In this document: positions 1 through 9,453 of the stretch, one piece after another
Numbering within the stretch: the stretch's first letter is position 1
Layout: every line of letters starts with the position of its first letter
Source: Terriglobia bacterium
Lineage (GTDB): Bacteria; Acidobacteriota; Terriglobia; 2-12-FULL-54-10
Direction: 5' to 3'
Length of the DNA: 64,000 bases
Assembly (NCBI GenBank): GCA_963666975.2
Contig: CAXVYR010000004.1
Location: 672,001-736,000 of the forward strand
Notes under the pieces: generated by a model
Databases searched by the model: none
What the model saw: only the letters and a program-made list of their open reading frames with translations
Told to the model about the DNA's origin: nothing
Translations under genes and position numbers: made by a program

Positions 1-1
1 C

Positions 2-1141
2 CGCCCTGTTGACAGAGCCCTCGGCAAATCTGCATTTCGGTTCCCGTTGCTTGACCTCCGGGGAAGTGCCCGGCAGCTTGCTGCAGCCCCCGCCCATCAT
101 CGAAGTCATGCCGGCAAACCAGAAATAATCCGAGCCTGTGCCTTCCCGGCTGACGTTGGCCTGAACAAAATAGGGATCTGAATGGAAGTCATTTCGAAAT
201 GGCCAGAAATAGCCCCAGGCAAAGCGGGCAGCCAACCGACCCTGGCGGTCCAGGGTGCTGTAGGCGCGGATCGCTCCCCCGGTGTAGAGCGACGTCCCGT
301 TGAGGGTCACCCCCAAGGCTGCCGTCCAGGACAACCCCAGACGGTAGATCTCCGCCAATACATCGGGCGGATAAACGACATCCTGTTCCACATACCGATA
401 GCAGGTACCGCAGGCTCCCGTCTGCTCAAAATCTGTCGGCGCACCGCCAAGGTCTCCTAACGGCGAGTAGAGAAACTCGTCCCATTGATCCCCATAGAAC
501 TTTTTTACGGCATCGATCGCTTTCTGGTTCATCAGAAGTCCGGTAAAGCCCCCGCGAACAATCAACGGATTGTTGGGAGCAGCCAGATCCAGCAACTGCT
601 TGTTAATCTGGCGTCCCATAAGCTCCCTAATCTCTTTTCCCCACCGATATTCCTTCCCAAACAACAAACTGATCCGAATCCATTGTCCGGCCCTGGCCTT
701 CTGGACCGCTTCGTCGAGGACCCGTGGAAATTGCTGGACCACCTCAGCCGCAGGAACGTTCAAAAACCGCTCAATGTGCATGTCATCGGATACCACTTTC
801 CCTACAACCACCGGATTCAGCGGGCTCCAGTCCTGGGGGTGATCGTGCGTGGCGCCAAAGCCCGGCGTTACCGTCCTCCCCTTCAGGTCAATGGATTTGG
901 TGTTGCTATCTGCCAGCCGCCGAACCTGGGAGTTGCCACCCACGGCCACGATTTTTCCACCCCGGATCGCAATCGCCTGAGCGATGGTGCCCAACTCCGA
1001 GTTGACCTCATGGTTGTCCACGGTCACGATCTTCCCATTGTAGAGAATGGTATCCGGTGCTTGTTGGGCCCAAAGGAGGCCCCGTCCAGCCCAAATGACA
1101 CACACCATCAGCACAACTCGCAAAACCCATTGCTTTTTCAT
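2..1141 (-). CDS. Secreted amidohydrolase family 3 (YtcJ-like), runs off the window's left edge
   Basis: Own translation from ATG 1141: MKKQWVLRVVLMVCVIWAGRGLLWAQQAPDTILYNGKIVTVD...AQAIAIRGGKIVAVGG...IDLKGRTVTPGFGATHDH. This is a signal peptide plus the amidohydrolase N-terminal motif with HxH. Absent from the ORF track because no stop lies in the window. Confidence 0.85.
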   Translation of the reverse strand, partial: MKKQWVLRVVLMVCVIWAGRGLLWAQQAPDTILYNGKIVTVDNHEVNSELGTIAQAIAIRGGKIVAVGGNSQVRRLADSNTKSIDLKGRTVTPGFGATHDHPQDWSPLNPVVVGKVVSDDMHIERFLNVPAAEVVQQFPRVLDEAVQKARAGQWIRISLLFGKEYRWGKEIRELMGRQINKQLLDLAAPNNPLIVRGGFTGLLMNQKAIDAVKKFYGDQWDEFLYSPLGDLGGAPTDFEQTGACGTCYRYVEQDVVYPPDVLAEIYRLGLSWTAALGVTLNGTSLYTGGAIRAYSTLDRQGRLAARFAWGYFWPFRNDFHSDPYFVQANVSREGTGSDYFWFAGMTSMMGGGCSKLPGTSPEVKQREPKCRFAEGSVNRA

Positions 1142-1267
1142 GATTCACCCCTTCAGCTTTTGTTGGCAGGTTAAGCCAGAAGCTCCGAGTACAAAGTATA
1201 CGCTCCCCCGTTATCGGTTCCATCTCTTTTCGCCTCTCTTGTTGCAAGGCCTCAATCCTGTCCCCAA

Positions 1268-1296
1268 TTGCTTTCCCCTCTCCCCTCGTGTAATCT
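1268..1296 (+). promoter_or_regulatory. Sigma70-like promoter of the shared upstream module (copy 1)
   Basis: TTGCTT-17 nt-TAATCT, conserved in three other copies in the window. Confidence 0.6.
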
Positions 1297-1329
1297 TTTT
1301 CAATCATTTCAATCAGCCAAGGGTAATCC

Positions 1330-4300
1330 GTGCCCATGTCCCTAGATGCCCAGGTTCTTGCCAACCAGTATAGAGAATATCCAAATAGTTTGGATTTTTG
1401 GAACCACTTCCTGCGCAGGCTGGGTGTCTTTGGACTGGCGGTCATTCTTCACTTTCTGCTCGCACCTTACCACTCTCCAGCGCAGGGTCTCATCACCACC
1501 GTAGCCGGTAGTGGACGCTTCGTTTTTTCCGATGACGGCGGGTCGGCAACGAACGCGTCACTGGGAGAGATTGCGGGAATCGCGGTGGACGCGGCCGGCA
1601 ATGTCTTCGCAGCGGATTATGACAATAATCTCGTGGTGAAGATTTCCCCTGCCGGCGTTCTTACCGTGGTGGCGGGAAACGGTCTTTGTTGTTCGTCCGG
1701 CGATGACGGGCCGGCCACCAGCGCCTCGCTCACCTTTCCCGATGATGTGGCGGTGGATGCGGCCGGCAACCTGTACATCGCTTCCTTTGGCCGCATCCGC
1801 AGGGTTAGTCCGGACGGGATTATTGCCACCGTCGTGGTTGATGGCTTCAGCCCCAATGGTTTGACGGTAAACGCGGCCGGCGAGCTGTACATCGCGGACA
1901 CGCTGGACCACCAGATCTTCAAGGTTAATTTTTCCGAGAGGATTGTCACCACCGTTGCCGGCAGTGGGGTCGAGGGCTTTTCCGGAGACGGCGGGCCAGC
2001 CACAAGTGCCTCCCTCGCTTTGAACTTTCTTGGCTTGACCGGTTTGGCAGTGGATGCGACGGGCAACCTCTACGTCGCCGACACCAATAACCACCGCATC
2101 CGCAAGGTGAGCCCTGACGGGATCATCACCACCATAGCCGGTAGCGGTGAGACGGGCCGTTTCACCGGTGGTGGGTTTTCCGGCGATGGAGGGCCGGCCA
2201 TCAGCGCTTTACTGGATGCGCCGGAGGGAGTCGCAGTGGATTCCGCCGGTAACCTCTACATCGCTGACAGGTTTAACTTCCGCATCCGCAAGGTGAGCCC
2301 TGATGGGACTATCACTACCGTGGCGGGAAATGGAGATTTGGGCTTTTCGGGGGACGGCGGCCCCGCCATCAACGCTTCCCTGTCTTTTCTCTCCGATGTA
2401 GCGGTGGATGCGGCGGGCAACCTTTATGTGGCCGATTCGGATAACTATCGCGTCCGCAAGATCAGCCCCAATGGAACGATCACGACCATAGCCGGGAATG
2501 GTTTATTCAAATTTTCTGGGGACGGAGGCCCGGCTACAAGTGCCTCGCTCGATGCGCCCTTCGGCGTGGCGGTGGATTCGCTGGGCAACTCCTACATCGC
2601 CGACACGGATAACGACGCCATCCGCAAGGTAAGCCCCGAGGGGATCATTACAACCGTAGCCGGGGGGATTGGAGTCCGCGGCTTTTCCGGGGACGACGGA
2701 CCGGCGACAGCGGCAGCGCTGAATGAACCCTTCGATGTGGCCGTGGATGCACTGGACAACCTCTACATCGGCGACGCAGGCAATAACCGCATCCGCAAGG
2801 TCGGCCTTGACGGAACAATCTCGACCGTAGCCGGAAACGGAGTCGATGGCTTTTCCGGCGATGGGGGCCCAGCCACCAGCGCTTCTCTAAAGTCTCGTCT
2901 CAGCGTGGCTGTGGACACACTCGGCAACCTTTACATCGCCGACACCTTCCACAACCGCATCCGCAAGGTGAGCTTCGCCGGGATAATCACTACCGTGGCC
3001 GGGGACGGTTTCGGGGGCTTTTCCGGAGATGGAGATCTGTCCACCCGCGCCTCACTCGATCTCCCGCGTAGTGTGGACGTAGATGCGACGGGCAACCTGT
3101 ACATCGCCGATTCCGATAACGACCGCATCCGCAAGGTGCTGACCACCGTGTCCTCCTTCTCGGTTAGTCCTGCGACTCTGAATTTCACAGCGATTGCCGG
3201 CTCGACGGAGATTCCGGCTCACCGAATTACTGTTTCCAGCCCCATAGTCGGTCTGCCCTGGAGTACGCGGGCATCCACGGAAACCGGCGTCGGCTGGATA
3301 GCCCTTTCGGCTGTCTCTGGCTTTTCGCCCGGCACCCTGAGCGTTTTTGTGAGTGCGGCTAGTTTGGAGCCGGGCACTTACCGGGGCGCGGTGACGGTGC
3401 AGTCGGCCCTGGCTTCTCCTCCGACGCAGACCGTGACTATCGAGTTTACCGTCACTCCGGCTTTACCTGCGCAGCTTGCCGTCGAGTCCTCCTCGCTCAC
3501 CTTTGAAATTTCAACTGGAGTGGATTCCCCCCCGGCGCAGACGCTGCGCATCAGCAATGCCGGCGGAGGAACGCTCGACTGGATGGCGCAAGCCAGCACG
3601 ATTTCCGGCGGCAACTGGCTGAGCGTCTCGCCGTCCTCGGGCTCGGCTCCGGCTGGCGCGCCGGCGGTGGTCCAGGTGAGCGCCAACGTCGCCGGCCTGG
3701 AGCCTGCCGTTTATTCGGGCTCAGTCCGGGTCGAGAGCCCCGGTAGCGACCCGCGATCAGTAGCCGTGACTTTGCTCGTCTCGCAGGTGCCCCAGATTAT
3801 CCTAGTGAGCCACAGCGGATTACTGTTCACTGGGGTGGTAGGCGGCGGGATAGTGCCGCCGCAAACCTTCGATGTCCTCAACACCGGCGAAGGGACAATG
3901 AACTGGACGGTCGAGACCAGCACTACAGGGGGCGGCAATTGGCTGAGTGTGTCGCCAACCAGCGGCACGAGCGAGGCAGCCTCGGCGCAGTCCCCGACTG
4001 TCAATGTTATTGTGAACATGGCTGGGCTGCCCACCGGGGCGTATAGCGGACTGATCGAAGTCAGCGCGCCGGTGGCGAACAACTCGCCGCAGTTTGTCAC
4101 CGTAACCTTGAACGTGCTGCCGGCGGGGAGCAATCCGGGGGTGCTGGTGCGGCCAACAGGTCTGATCTTCACGGCGCAGGCCGGAACCTCTTCGCCCGGC
4201 TCACAAACGGTGCATCTGGCTACAGCAGGGCTCGGCAACCGGACATTTGTCAGCGGCCTGCTGACCCTCGATGGTGGCGATTGGCTGGAGGCGGTCCCGC

Positions 4301-5562
4301 ACAGCGGGGTAGTTTCAGCAGGCGACCCCGTGACGATTACCATCCAACCAACACTGAGCGAACTGGTTCCCGCAGTATACCGCGCCGCGCTGACTTTGCT
4401 GTTCGCCGACGGCAGCCCGACGCAGGTGGTAGACATCCTGTTTTTGGTGGTAGCGCCTTCGGCTGGCGCGACCTCGGCACGGCTTCGTTCCGCTCCCAGC
4501 CAAAATGAAACCGCGGAGGGCTGTGTTCCCCAGCGTTTACTCGCAGTGCAGCGCATTCTGGGAATCAACTTTGTTTCGCCGGTAGCCTGGCCCAGCACCA
4601 TCGAGGCGCAAGTGGTGGACGACTGCGGTAATGCGGTGGCTGATGCCCCTGTAGTTGCCAGCTTCTCGAACGGCGACCCGCCGCTGCCGCTGGTGAGCCT
4701 GCGCGATGGACGTTACGTGGGCACATGGAGGCCGGTGAACCCCGCAGCGCAGGTAACAGTGACGGTGCAGGCCAACTTGCCGCCACTGGTTCCAGTCGAG
4801 GTGCAGGTACAGGGCCAGGTGAGCAGCAATCCTGAGGCACCGGCGCTGAATACCGGTGGGATCGTCAACGCGGCCAGTTTTGCTCCCGGTGAAGCCTTGG
4901 CACCGGGCAGCATCGTCTCGGTGTTTGGGAGCAATCTGACCCAAGGGCAGCATTTTGCTTCGCAACTGCCGCTGGAAACCACACTGGGTGGGGCCCCGCT
5001 AGTGGTGGGTGGCGTGGAGCAACATCTGTTTTTCTCCAGCGACGGGCAGATCAACGCACAGATTCCCTTCGAGCTGCCAGCTAACAGCCGCCCGCAGATG
5101 GTGGTGCGGGTCCAGCGGGAAGGCGGCGCGGAAGCCATTAGCGTGCCGGAGACGATCACGATAGCGGAAGCGCGGCCCGCGATCTTCACCACCAATCAGC
5201 AGGGCACCGGACAGGGAGCAATCCTGAACCAGGACTCTTCGCCCAACTCGGCAAAGAACCCGGAAGTGGTGGGCAATGTGATTCAAGTATTCTCCACTGG
5301 GCTTGGCAACACGGACCCTGGGGTGCCGTCTGGCCAGCTAGCGCCGAGCCAAGAGCCCTTGGCACGGGTCATCATTCCAGTGCAGGCGCAAATTGGAGGG
5401 AGTTCAGCGGCGGTACAGTTCGCCGGATTAGCACCCGGCTTTGTGGGTCTTTACCAAGTAAACGTGCAGATTCCAGCAGGTGTTGAACCAGGTTCAGAAA
5501 TCCCGCTGGTCTTGTTCCAGAATGGTGTGCCCTCGAACACCGTCACTGTTGCACTGCAATAG
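1330..5562 (+). CDS. Secreted NHL-repeat beta-propeller + BACON/Ig-like + TIGR03437-type C-terminal domain protein
   Basis: Signal peptide, about 10 NHL repeats (VAVDAAGNLYIAD..NHRIRKV), WLSVSP-type Ig/BACON repeats and C-terminal FAGLAPGFVGLYQVNVQIP. Confidence 0.9.
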   Translation: MPMSLDAQVLANQYREYPNSLDFWNHFLRRLGVFGLAVILHFLLAPYHSPAQGLITTVAGSGRFVFSDDGGSATNASLGEIAGIAVDAAGNVFAADYDNNLVVKISPAGVLTVVAGNGLCCSSGDDGPATSASLTFPDDVAVDAAGNLYIASFGRIRRVSPDGIIATVVVDGFSPNGLTVNAAGELYIADTLDHQIFKVNFSERIVTTVAGSGVEGFSGDGGPATSASLALNFLGLTGLAVDATGNLYVADTNNHRIRKVSPDGIITTIAGSGETGRFTGGGFSGDGGPAISALLDAPEGVAVDSAGNLYIADRFNFRIRKVSPDGTITTVAGNGDLGFSGDGGPAINASLSFLSDVAVDAAGNLYVADSDNYRVRKISPNGTITTIAGNGLFKFSGDGGPATSASLDAPFGVAVDSLGNSYIADTDNDAIRKVSPEGIITTVAGGIGVRGFSGDDGPATAAALNEPFDVAVDALDNLYIGDAGNNRIRKVGLDGTISTVAGNGVDGFSGDGGPATSASLKSRLSVAVDTLGNLYIADTFHNRIRKVSFAGIITTVAGDGFGGFSGDGDLSTRASLDLPRSVDVDATGNLYIADSDNDRIRKVLTTVSSFSVSPATLNFTAIAGSTEIPAHRITVSSPIVGLPWSTRASTETGVGWIALSAVSGFSPGTLSVFVSAASLEPGTYRGAVTVQSALASPPTQTVTIEFTVTPALPAQLAVESSSLTFEISTGVDSPPAQTLRISNAGGGTLDWMAQASTISGGNWLSVSPSSGSAPAGAPAVVQVSANVAGLEPAVYSGSVRVESPGSDPRSVAVTLLVSQVPQIILVSHSGLLFTGVVGGGIVPPQTFDVLNTGEGTMNWTVETSTTGGGNWLSVSPTSGTSEAASAQSPTVNVIVNMAGLPTGAYSGLIEVSAPVANNSPQFVTVTLNVLPAGSNPGVLVRPTGLIFTAQAGTSSPGSQTVHLATAGLGNRTFVSGLLTLDGGDWLEAVPHSGVVSAGDPVTITIQPTLSELVPAVYRAALTLLFADGSPTQVVDILFLVVAPSAGATSARLRSAPSQNETAEGCVPQRLLAVQRILGINFVSPVAWPSTIEAQVVDDCGNAVADAPVVASFSNGDPPLPLVSLRDGRYVGTWRPVNPAAQVTVTVQANLPPLVPVEVQVQGQVSSNPEAPALNTGGIVNAASFAPGEALAPGSIVSVFGSNLTQGQHFASQLPLETTLGGAPLVVGGVEQHLFFSSDGQINAQIPFELPANSRPQMVVRVQREGGAEAISVPETITIAEARPAIFTTNQQGTGQGAILNQDSSPNSAKNPEVVGNVIQVFSTGLGNTDPGVPSGQLAPSQEPLARVIIPVQAQIGGSSAAVQFAGLAPGFVGLYQVNVQIPAGVEPGSEIPLVLFQNGVPSNTVTVALQ

Positions 5563-5586
5563 CCTCTTTGGGGCGCGGACTGGAAT

Positions 5587-5635
5587 AACTGGTTTGAAGA
5601 ACTGAAGCATGAAGGTGCCCACAGGGAATGACTGA
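5587..5635 (+). pseudogene. Orphan 3' end of kinase/TolB-like propeller gene (NWFEELK...KVPTGND*)
   Basis: aac tgg ttt gaa gaa ctg aag, then a 1-nt shift, then aag gtg ccc aca ggg aat gac tga. The TGA overlaps the next ATG. Confidence 0.7.
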
Positions 5636-5937
5636 TGAAAGCAAAGAAAATCTGCCCCAGGTGCAAGTGGGATTTTCATTTCAGGAAAAAGGGGAAGTGT
5701 CCGGGATGCGGGGCGACACTAATGCTTCCATCTGATCGATGGACGGAAGTTCGCCCAACAAAAGAGTATTATGCGTTGGACTATCCCTCATCGACAGGGC
5801 GATGGCATTACATTGACGATATGGACAAGGCTGTGCAGCGAGCCATGCTTCAATATGAGGCCGCGATGCAGGGTGAGAGAAAGCAAGCAGAAGAAAAAGA
5901 ATTGGCGAGAACGCTGTCCAGATACGGTCCCGATTGA
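5635..5937 (+). CDS. Small zinc-ribbon hypothetical protein
   Basis: CPRC...CPGC motif in a 100-aa ORF. Confidence 0.6.
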   Translation: MKAKKICPRCKWDFHFRKKGKCPGCGATLMLPSDRWTEVRPTKEYYALDYPSSTGRWHYIDDMDKAVQRAMLQYEAAMQGERKQAEEKELARTLSRYGPD

Positions 5938-6120
5938 GAACCTAATAAGCCATACGATCTGAGAATGGAACATGGCCTATTCAACCGCGCTTCCAAATCA
6001 TCAGTCCACCCCGAGCGAACCCGTCATTGCTTGACTGGAACTTGGAAGCAAACCATTGTCGGAGTGTACAATATCGAATCAAGAAAGCACTTACCGGACA
6101 TCCCCAAAAAGGAGGGTAAC

Positions 6121-6483
6121 TTGGCAACGCTGGATCGGTGCTGCTCTATTCACCCCTATTTCAAGATTCGTGAAGGACATGTGGAGGACTTCAAGGCCCT
6201 TTGTGAACGATTTGTTGCAAAAACGAATCAGGAACCCAAAGCTCTATATTATGGCTTCAGCTTAGATGGAAATGAAGTTCATTGCCGGGAAGGTTATTCA
6301 GATGCTGAAGGGTTATTGAGCCATCTCGATAACGTCGCATCCCTCTTGGAAGAGGCCCTCAAGATTGCCGACCTCACTCGTCTGGAAGTTCATGGTGCCG
6401 AAGAGGAGTTATCGAAACTGCGAGAGTCCCTAGCCTCACTCAAGCCACAATTCTTCACATTGGAGTATGGGTTCCGCCGTTAA
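6121..6483 (+). CDS. ABM-like (dimeric alpha/beta barrel) protein
   Basis: AAGGAGG RBS before TTG 6121; PYFKI..FKALC..EPKALYYGF..CREGYSDAEGLLSHL. Confidence 0.7.
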   Translation: MATLDRCCSIHPYFKIREGHVEDFKALCERFVAKTNQEPKALYYGFSLDGNEVHCREGYSDAEGLLSHLDNVASLLEEALKIADLTRLEVHGAEEELSKLRESLASLKPQFFTLEYGFRR

Positions 6484-6588
6484 CAACCTATCGCTCCAAG
6501 TCGTTTGCAAGTTGCTTCGTGATGACAGGGTGCGCGTAGACCTTCCCGATGAAACCCTGCCCTTCATGCAGGTGGGAACGAAGCGCCG

Positions 6589-6648
6589 CAAATCACCATC
6601 GTGCTGAACTGGTTTGAAGAGCTAAAGCGGCGGCTGCCTGCCAACTGA
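6589..6648 (+). pseudogene. Orphan kinase-family 3' end (QITIVLNWFEELKRRLPAN*)
   Basis: Direct translation; no upstream gene body. Confidence 0.8.
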
Positions 6649-6725
6649 ACCGCCGTAAGGCCCAAAAGTTAATTCCTGTTAGATTGGGGAGCGTGGCGGA
6701 TAATATCGATAGCCGGAAGGTAACC

Positions 6726-7400
6726 ATGAACAACTTATGTGCCGCATTTTTGTTGCTGGCAGCATTGGTATTCCTGATGTTTGGAGCCGCTCAGGCAGAG
6801 ACAATCCACTTCGACTCGGACTCCATCGGTTCCCTGCCTTCAGGTTGGTCCTCGGCGATGACCCACAGCGGTGGGCTGGGCCGGTGGGAGATCGTCAGAG
6901 ACGACACGGCGCCGAGCAAGCCCAATGTGCTGGCACAGCTTTCCTCCGACAGCACGCGTGGGCGTTACCCGCTGGCGGTCTTCAACAAAGTGAGTTGCAA
7001 GAATGGTGACCTGCGCGTGAAATTAAAGCCGGTCTCGGGCGAGGTGGATGCTTCCGGCGGCCTGGTATGGCGTTACCTGGACGAGAATAACTACTACATC
7101 GTCCGCGCCAATGCGCTGGAGGACAACGTAGTCCTCTATAAAGTCGAAAACGGCAAACGCTCTTCCCTGGCTCCGAAGGGAAAGGCCCTGGGAACATACG
7201 GCGTCGAGACAAAGGTGTCCGGGCAAACCTGGCACACACTCCGTGTCGCCTTCCAGGGCTCTCTCTTTACCGTCTACTTTAACGGAGAAAAGCTGTTTGA
7301 AGTGGAGGACACCACTTTCACCCAGGCAGGCAATGTCGGCTTGTGGAGCAAGGCTGACAGCGTCACCCATTTTGACGATTTTCAGGTTGCAGTGAAATAA
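6726..7400 (+). CDS. Secreted DUF1080/ConA-like domain protein
   Basis: Signal peptide; GGLVWRY.DENNYY..RANALEDN, WHTLRV.F.G, GNVGLWSKADSVTHFDDF. Confidence 0.8.
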   Translation: MNNLCAAFLLLAALVFLMFGAAQAETIHFDSDSIGSLPSGWSSAMTHSGGLGRWEIVRDDTAPSKPNVLAQLSSDSTRGRYPLAVFNKVSCKNGDLRVKLKPVSGEVDASGGLVWRYLDENNYYIVRANALEDNVVLYKVENGKRSSLAPKGKALGTYGVETKVSGQTWHTLRVAFQGSLFTVYFNGEKLFEVEDTTFTQAGNVGLWSKADSVTHFDDFQVAVK

Positions 7401-7454
7401 GGCACCGCTTGCCGCCCCGCGCTTGGCAGATGAAGCGAAGGCTATCCGCACCAC

Positions 7455-7617
7455 TGTGCGGAAATCAAATTATGGACCGAGAGAAGGGCTGGGGAATTGC
7501 TGGCTGAGTCTACCAAGCGCGGCGGGGACAGGAAGTCGGAATCAAAATCACGCGATGTTACTTTGAGCGAAGTTGGCATCACCCGGATGCAATCCCACCG
7601 CTGGCAGGCTGTGGCGG
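7455..7617 (+). pseudogene. Fragment of phage-type protein (N-terminal region seen in phage DNA methyltransferase-associated proteins)
   Basis: AEIKLWTERRAGELL...GGDRKS...TLSEVGITRMQSHRWQAVA; no proper start. Confidence 0.5.
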
Positions 7618-7694
7618 GGGGTTGCCTAAAAAGAAAAACTGCCGCACTCGACCTGCCCGCACTGCGAGGAGAGGGTATTCGACGCACTGCCCCC

Positions 7695-7854
7695 GGTGTA
7701 ATGCGGAGGAGGGAGGAGTTACGAGGAAAAATTGAAGAATGACCGTCAGTCCAAGGACACCCAGCCTGCGCAGGAGGTGGTTCCACAAATCCAAACTATT
7801 TGGACCAACGCCAAAGGGGTTTACAACAGCCTGGGTGCCTGGGGAAACTGACAC
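7695..7854 (-). pseudogene. 5' stub (signal-peptide region) of a third NHL-protein paralogue
   Basis: MSVSPGTQAVVNPFGVGPNSLDLWNHLLRRLGVLGLTVILQFFLVTPPS aligns with the N-termini at 1330 and 14241, then homology stops. Confidence 0.8.
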
Positions 7855-8140
7855 GTGTTACCCCTCGTTTCATTGAAAATGTTGAGGAAAGATTACATGA
7901 CGTGAAAAGGTAAATCAATTGTTGGACGGGGTTTCCTGGGCCTGTAGCTGGGCTCCGAGTGCGGTCGAGGAGACAAGCCCCAGATTACTCCTCAGTAGTC
8001 GCCTTATGTTTACCGACGATCCATTCTGCCCCAGTGACGGCGCACTCGGAAACTATCCGGCGGCAGGCCGTACATAGTTTCCGAGTAGGCGACCACTCGG
8101 ACAGAATCACGCCCTTCACATTTGAGGTCTTGACCGGTCA
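7855..8140. repeat. Dispersed non-coding repeat (promoter module plus hairpin module)
   Basis: Blocks shared with 14242-14530, 49425-49834 and 56145-56440. Promoter on the minus strand: TTGATT-17-TAATCT (7918-7890). Perfect 13-bp inverted repeat at 8044-8056/8074-8086. Confidence 0.85.
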
Positions 8141-8143
8141 AAC

Positions 8144-8173
8144 AACACGCCGCTACAACTCTTCAAACCAGCT
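8144..8173 (-). pseudogene. Orphan kinase-family 3' end (SWFEEL*RRV)
   Basis: The minus strand reads agc tgg ttt gaa gag ttg tag cgg cgt gtt, about 33 nt after the stop of the 8207 gene. Confidence 0.65.
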
Positions 8174-9453
8174 CTTCTTGTCTGCCTGTCAGTCTTACTA
8201 AATCAACTACTGCACAGTCATCGTGACCGTAGGGCTGCTCTGCCCGGCCACGTTAAGGACCACCGGCACGTCGTTGCCAGTCGTTACCCCCTCGGGAACC
8301 ACGGCGTTAACTTGATACAATCCAGCATAGCCCGGCGCGAGCCCTGCAAATTGTACCGGGGCATTCACTCCTCCAATGGTAACCATGACTGGGTTTGCCG
8401 TTATAGCTAGAGGAAGCGAGGAAGGCGCGGCTTCACCTGCGGTTACCGGCGGGTTTACCGCTCCCAGCCCGGAGCACCAGATAGTCACCACGTCTCCCGT
8501 CTTGGCCGGGTTCGACCCGTCCGCCAGCACCGAGGTCGTCGCCGTGGCCACAAAGACCAACCCTTGCCCCTTGCCCGACTGGTTCAGTGTAAAGACCGCC
8601 GGTTGGGCATCTGCTACAGTCACAGGTTCCGGCACTGTAAAACTCGTCCCCCGCTGCACCACAAGCTGATGCTCCGTGTTAGTGGCTATCCCGTAGGGCA
8701 CCATTGCGTTGATCTGTCCTTCGCTGGTGAACAGCAATGGGAGCGTTTGCCCGCCCAGCAGCACCGAGGTGCCCGCCAACTGCGTGGACAGCGGGAGCGC
8801 ATCGGCAGTGCCGGTCCCGTCGGCCATCTCCACCCCGAAGATCGAGATCATGCTGCCCGGCGAGGCTGGAACCAGCGCCGCGAAGCTGGCCGCGCTCACC
8901 ACCCCCCCTGCATTGACCTGAGGAATACTCGGATTGGCCTGTAGTCCTCCCACCAGATCGGCCGTTCCCTGCAACGTCGTGCCGGGGATCGCTGCCGTCA
9001 CCGTGATTGTGACCGCAGCTACTCCGGCATTGCGGGCCTGCCAGGTTCCGCTCCATCGCCCATCGCGCAGGGGGACCAGGCTCAGCGGAGGATCGCCGTT
9101 GGAGAAAGTCGCCAGCACGGACCCGCTGACCATCGGGTTGCCACAGTCATCCACCACCCGCACCTCCACCGGGGTTGGCCACGCGGCAGGCACGTTGAAC
9201 TGATCCGGCAATAAGGTGAAAACAGGGAGCAATTCCGTCGGCGTACAGGTGCTTTGCGCCGGAAATGCTTGCTGCTGCGCCCCTGCGCCGGCGGTCAATA
9301 CGAATAACAACCTCACCGTCCGGACAGTGCCATCCTGGAATAACAGTGTCAACACTCCTCGCCGGATGCCAGCCTCCAGCCCGCTGAGTTCGGGCTGCAC
9401 CACGATCCGGCTCGGCCGGTCTGGGGCTACTGTAGCGTTGGTGGGGAGGTGGA

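Noticed and set aside
182-1445. ORFs listed on + (485-1174 and others) and 1008-1445 on -
   Set aside because: Shadows of the minus-strand amidohydrolase gene and of the promoter region.
6477-6520. attC-like start (TAACAA..TCGCTCCA) after the ABM-like gene
   Set aside because: No matching GTTRRRY end with a convincing stem, and no integron integrase in the window.
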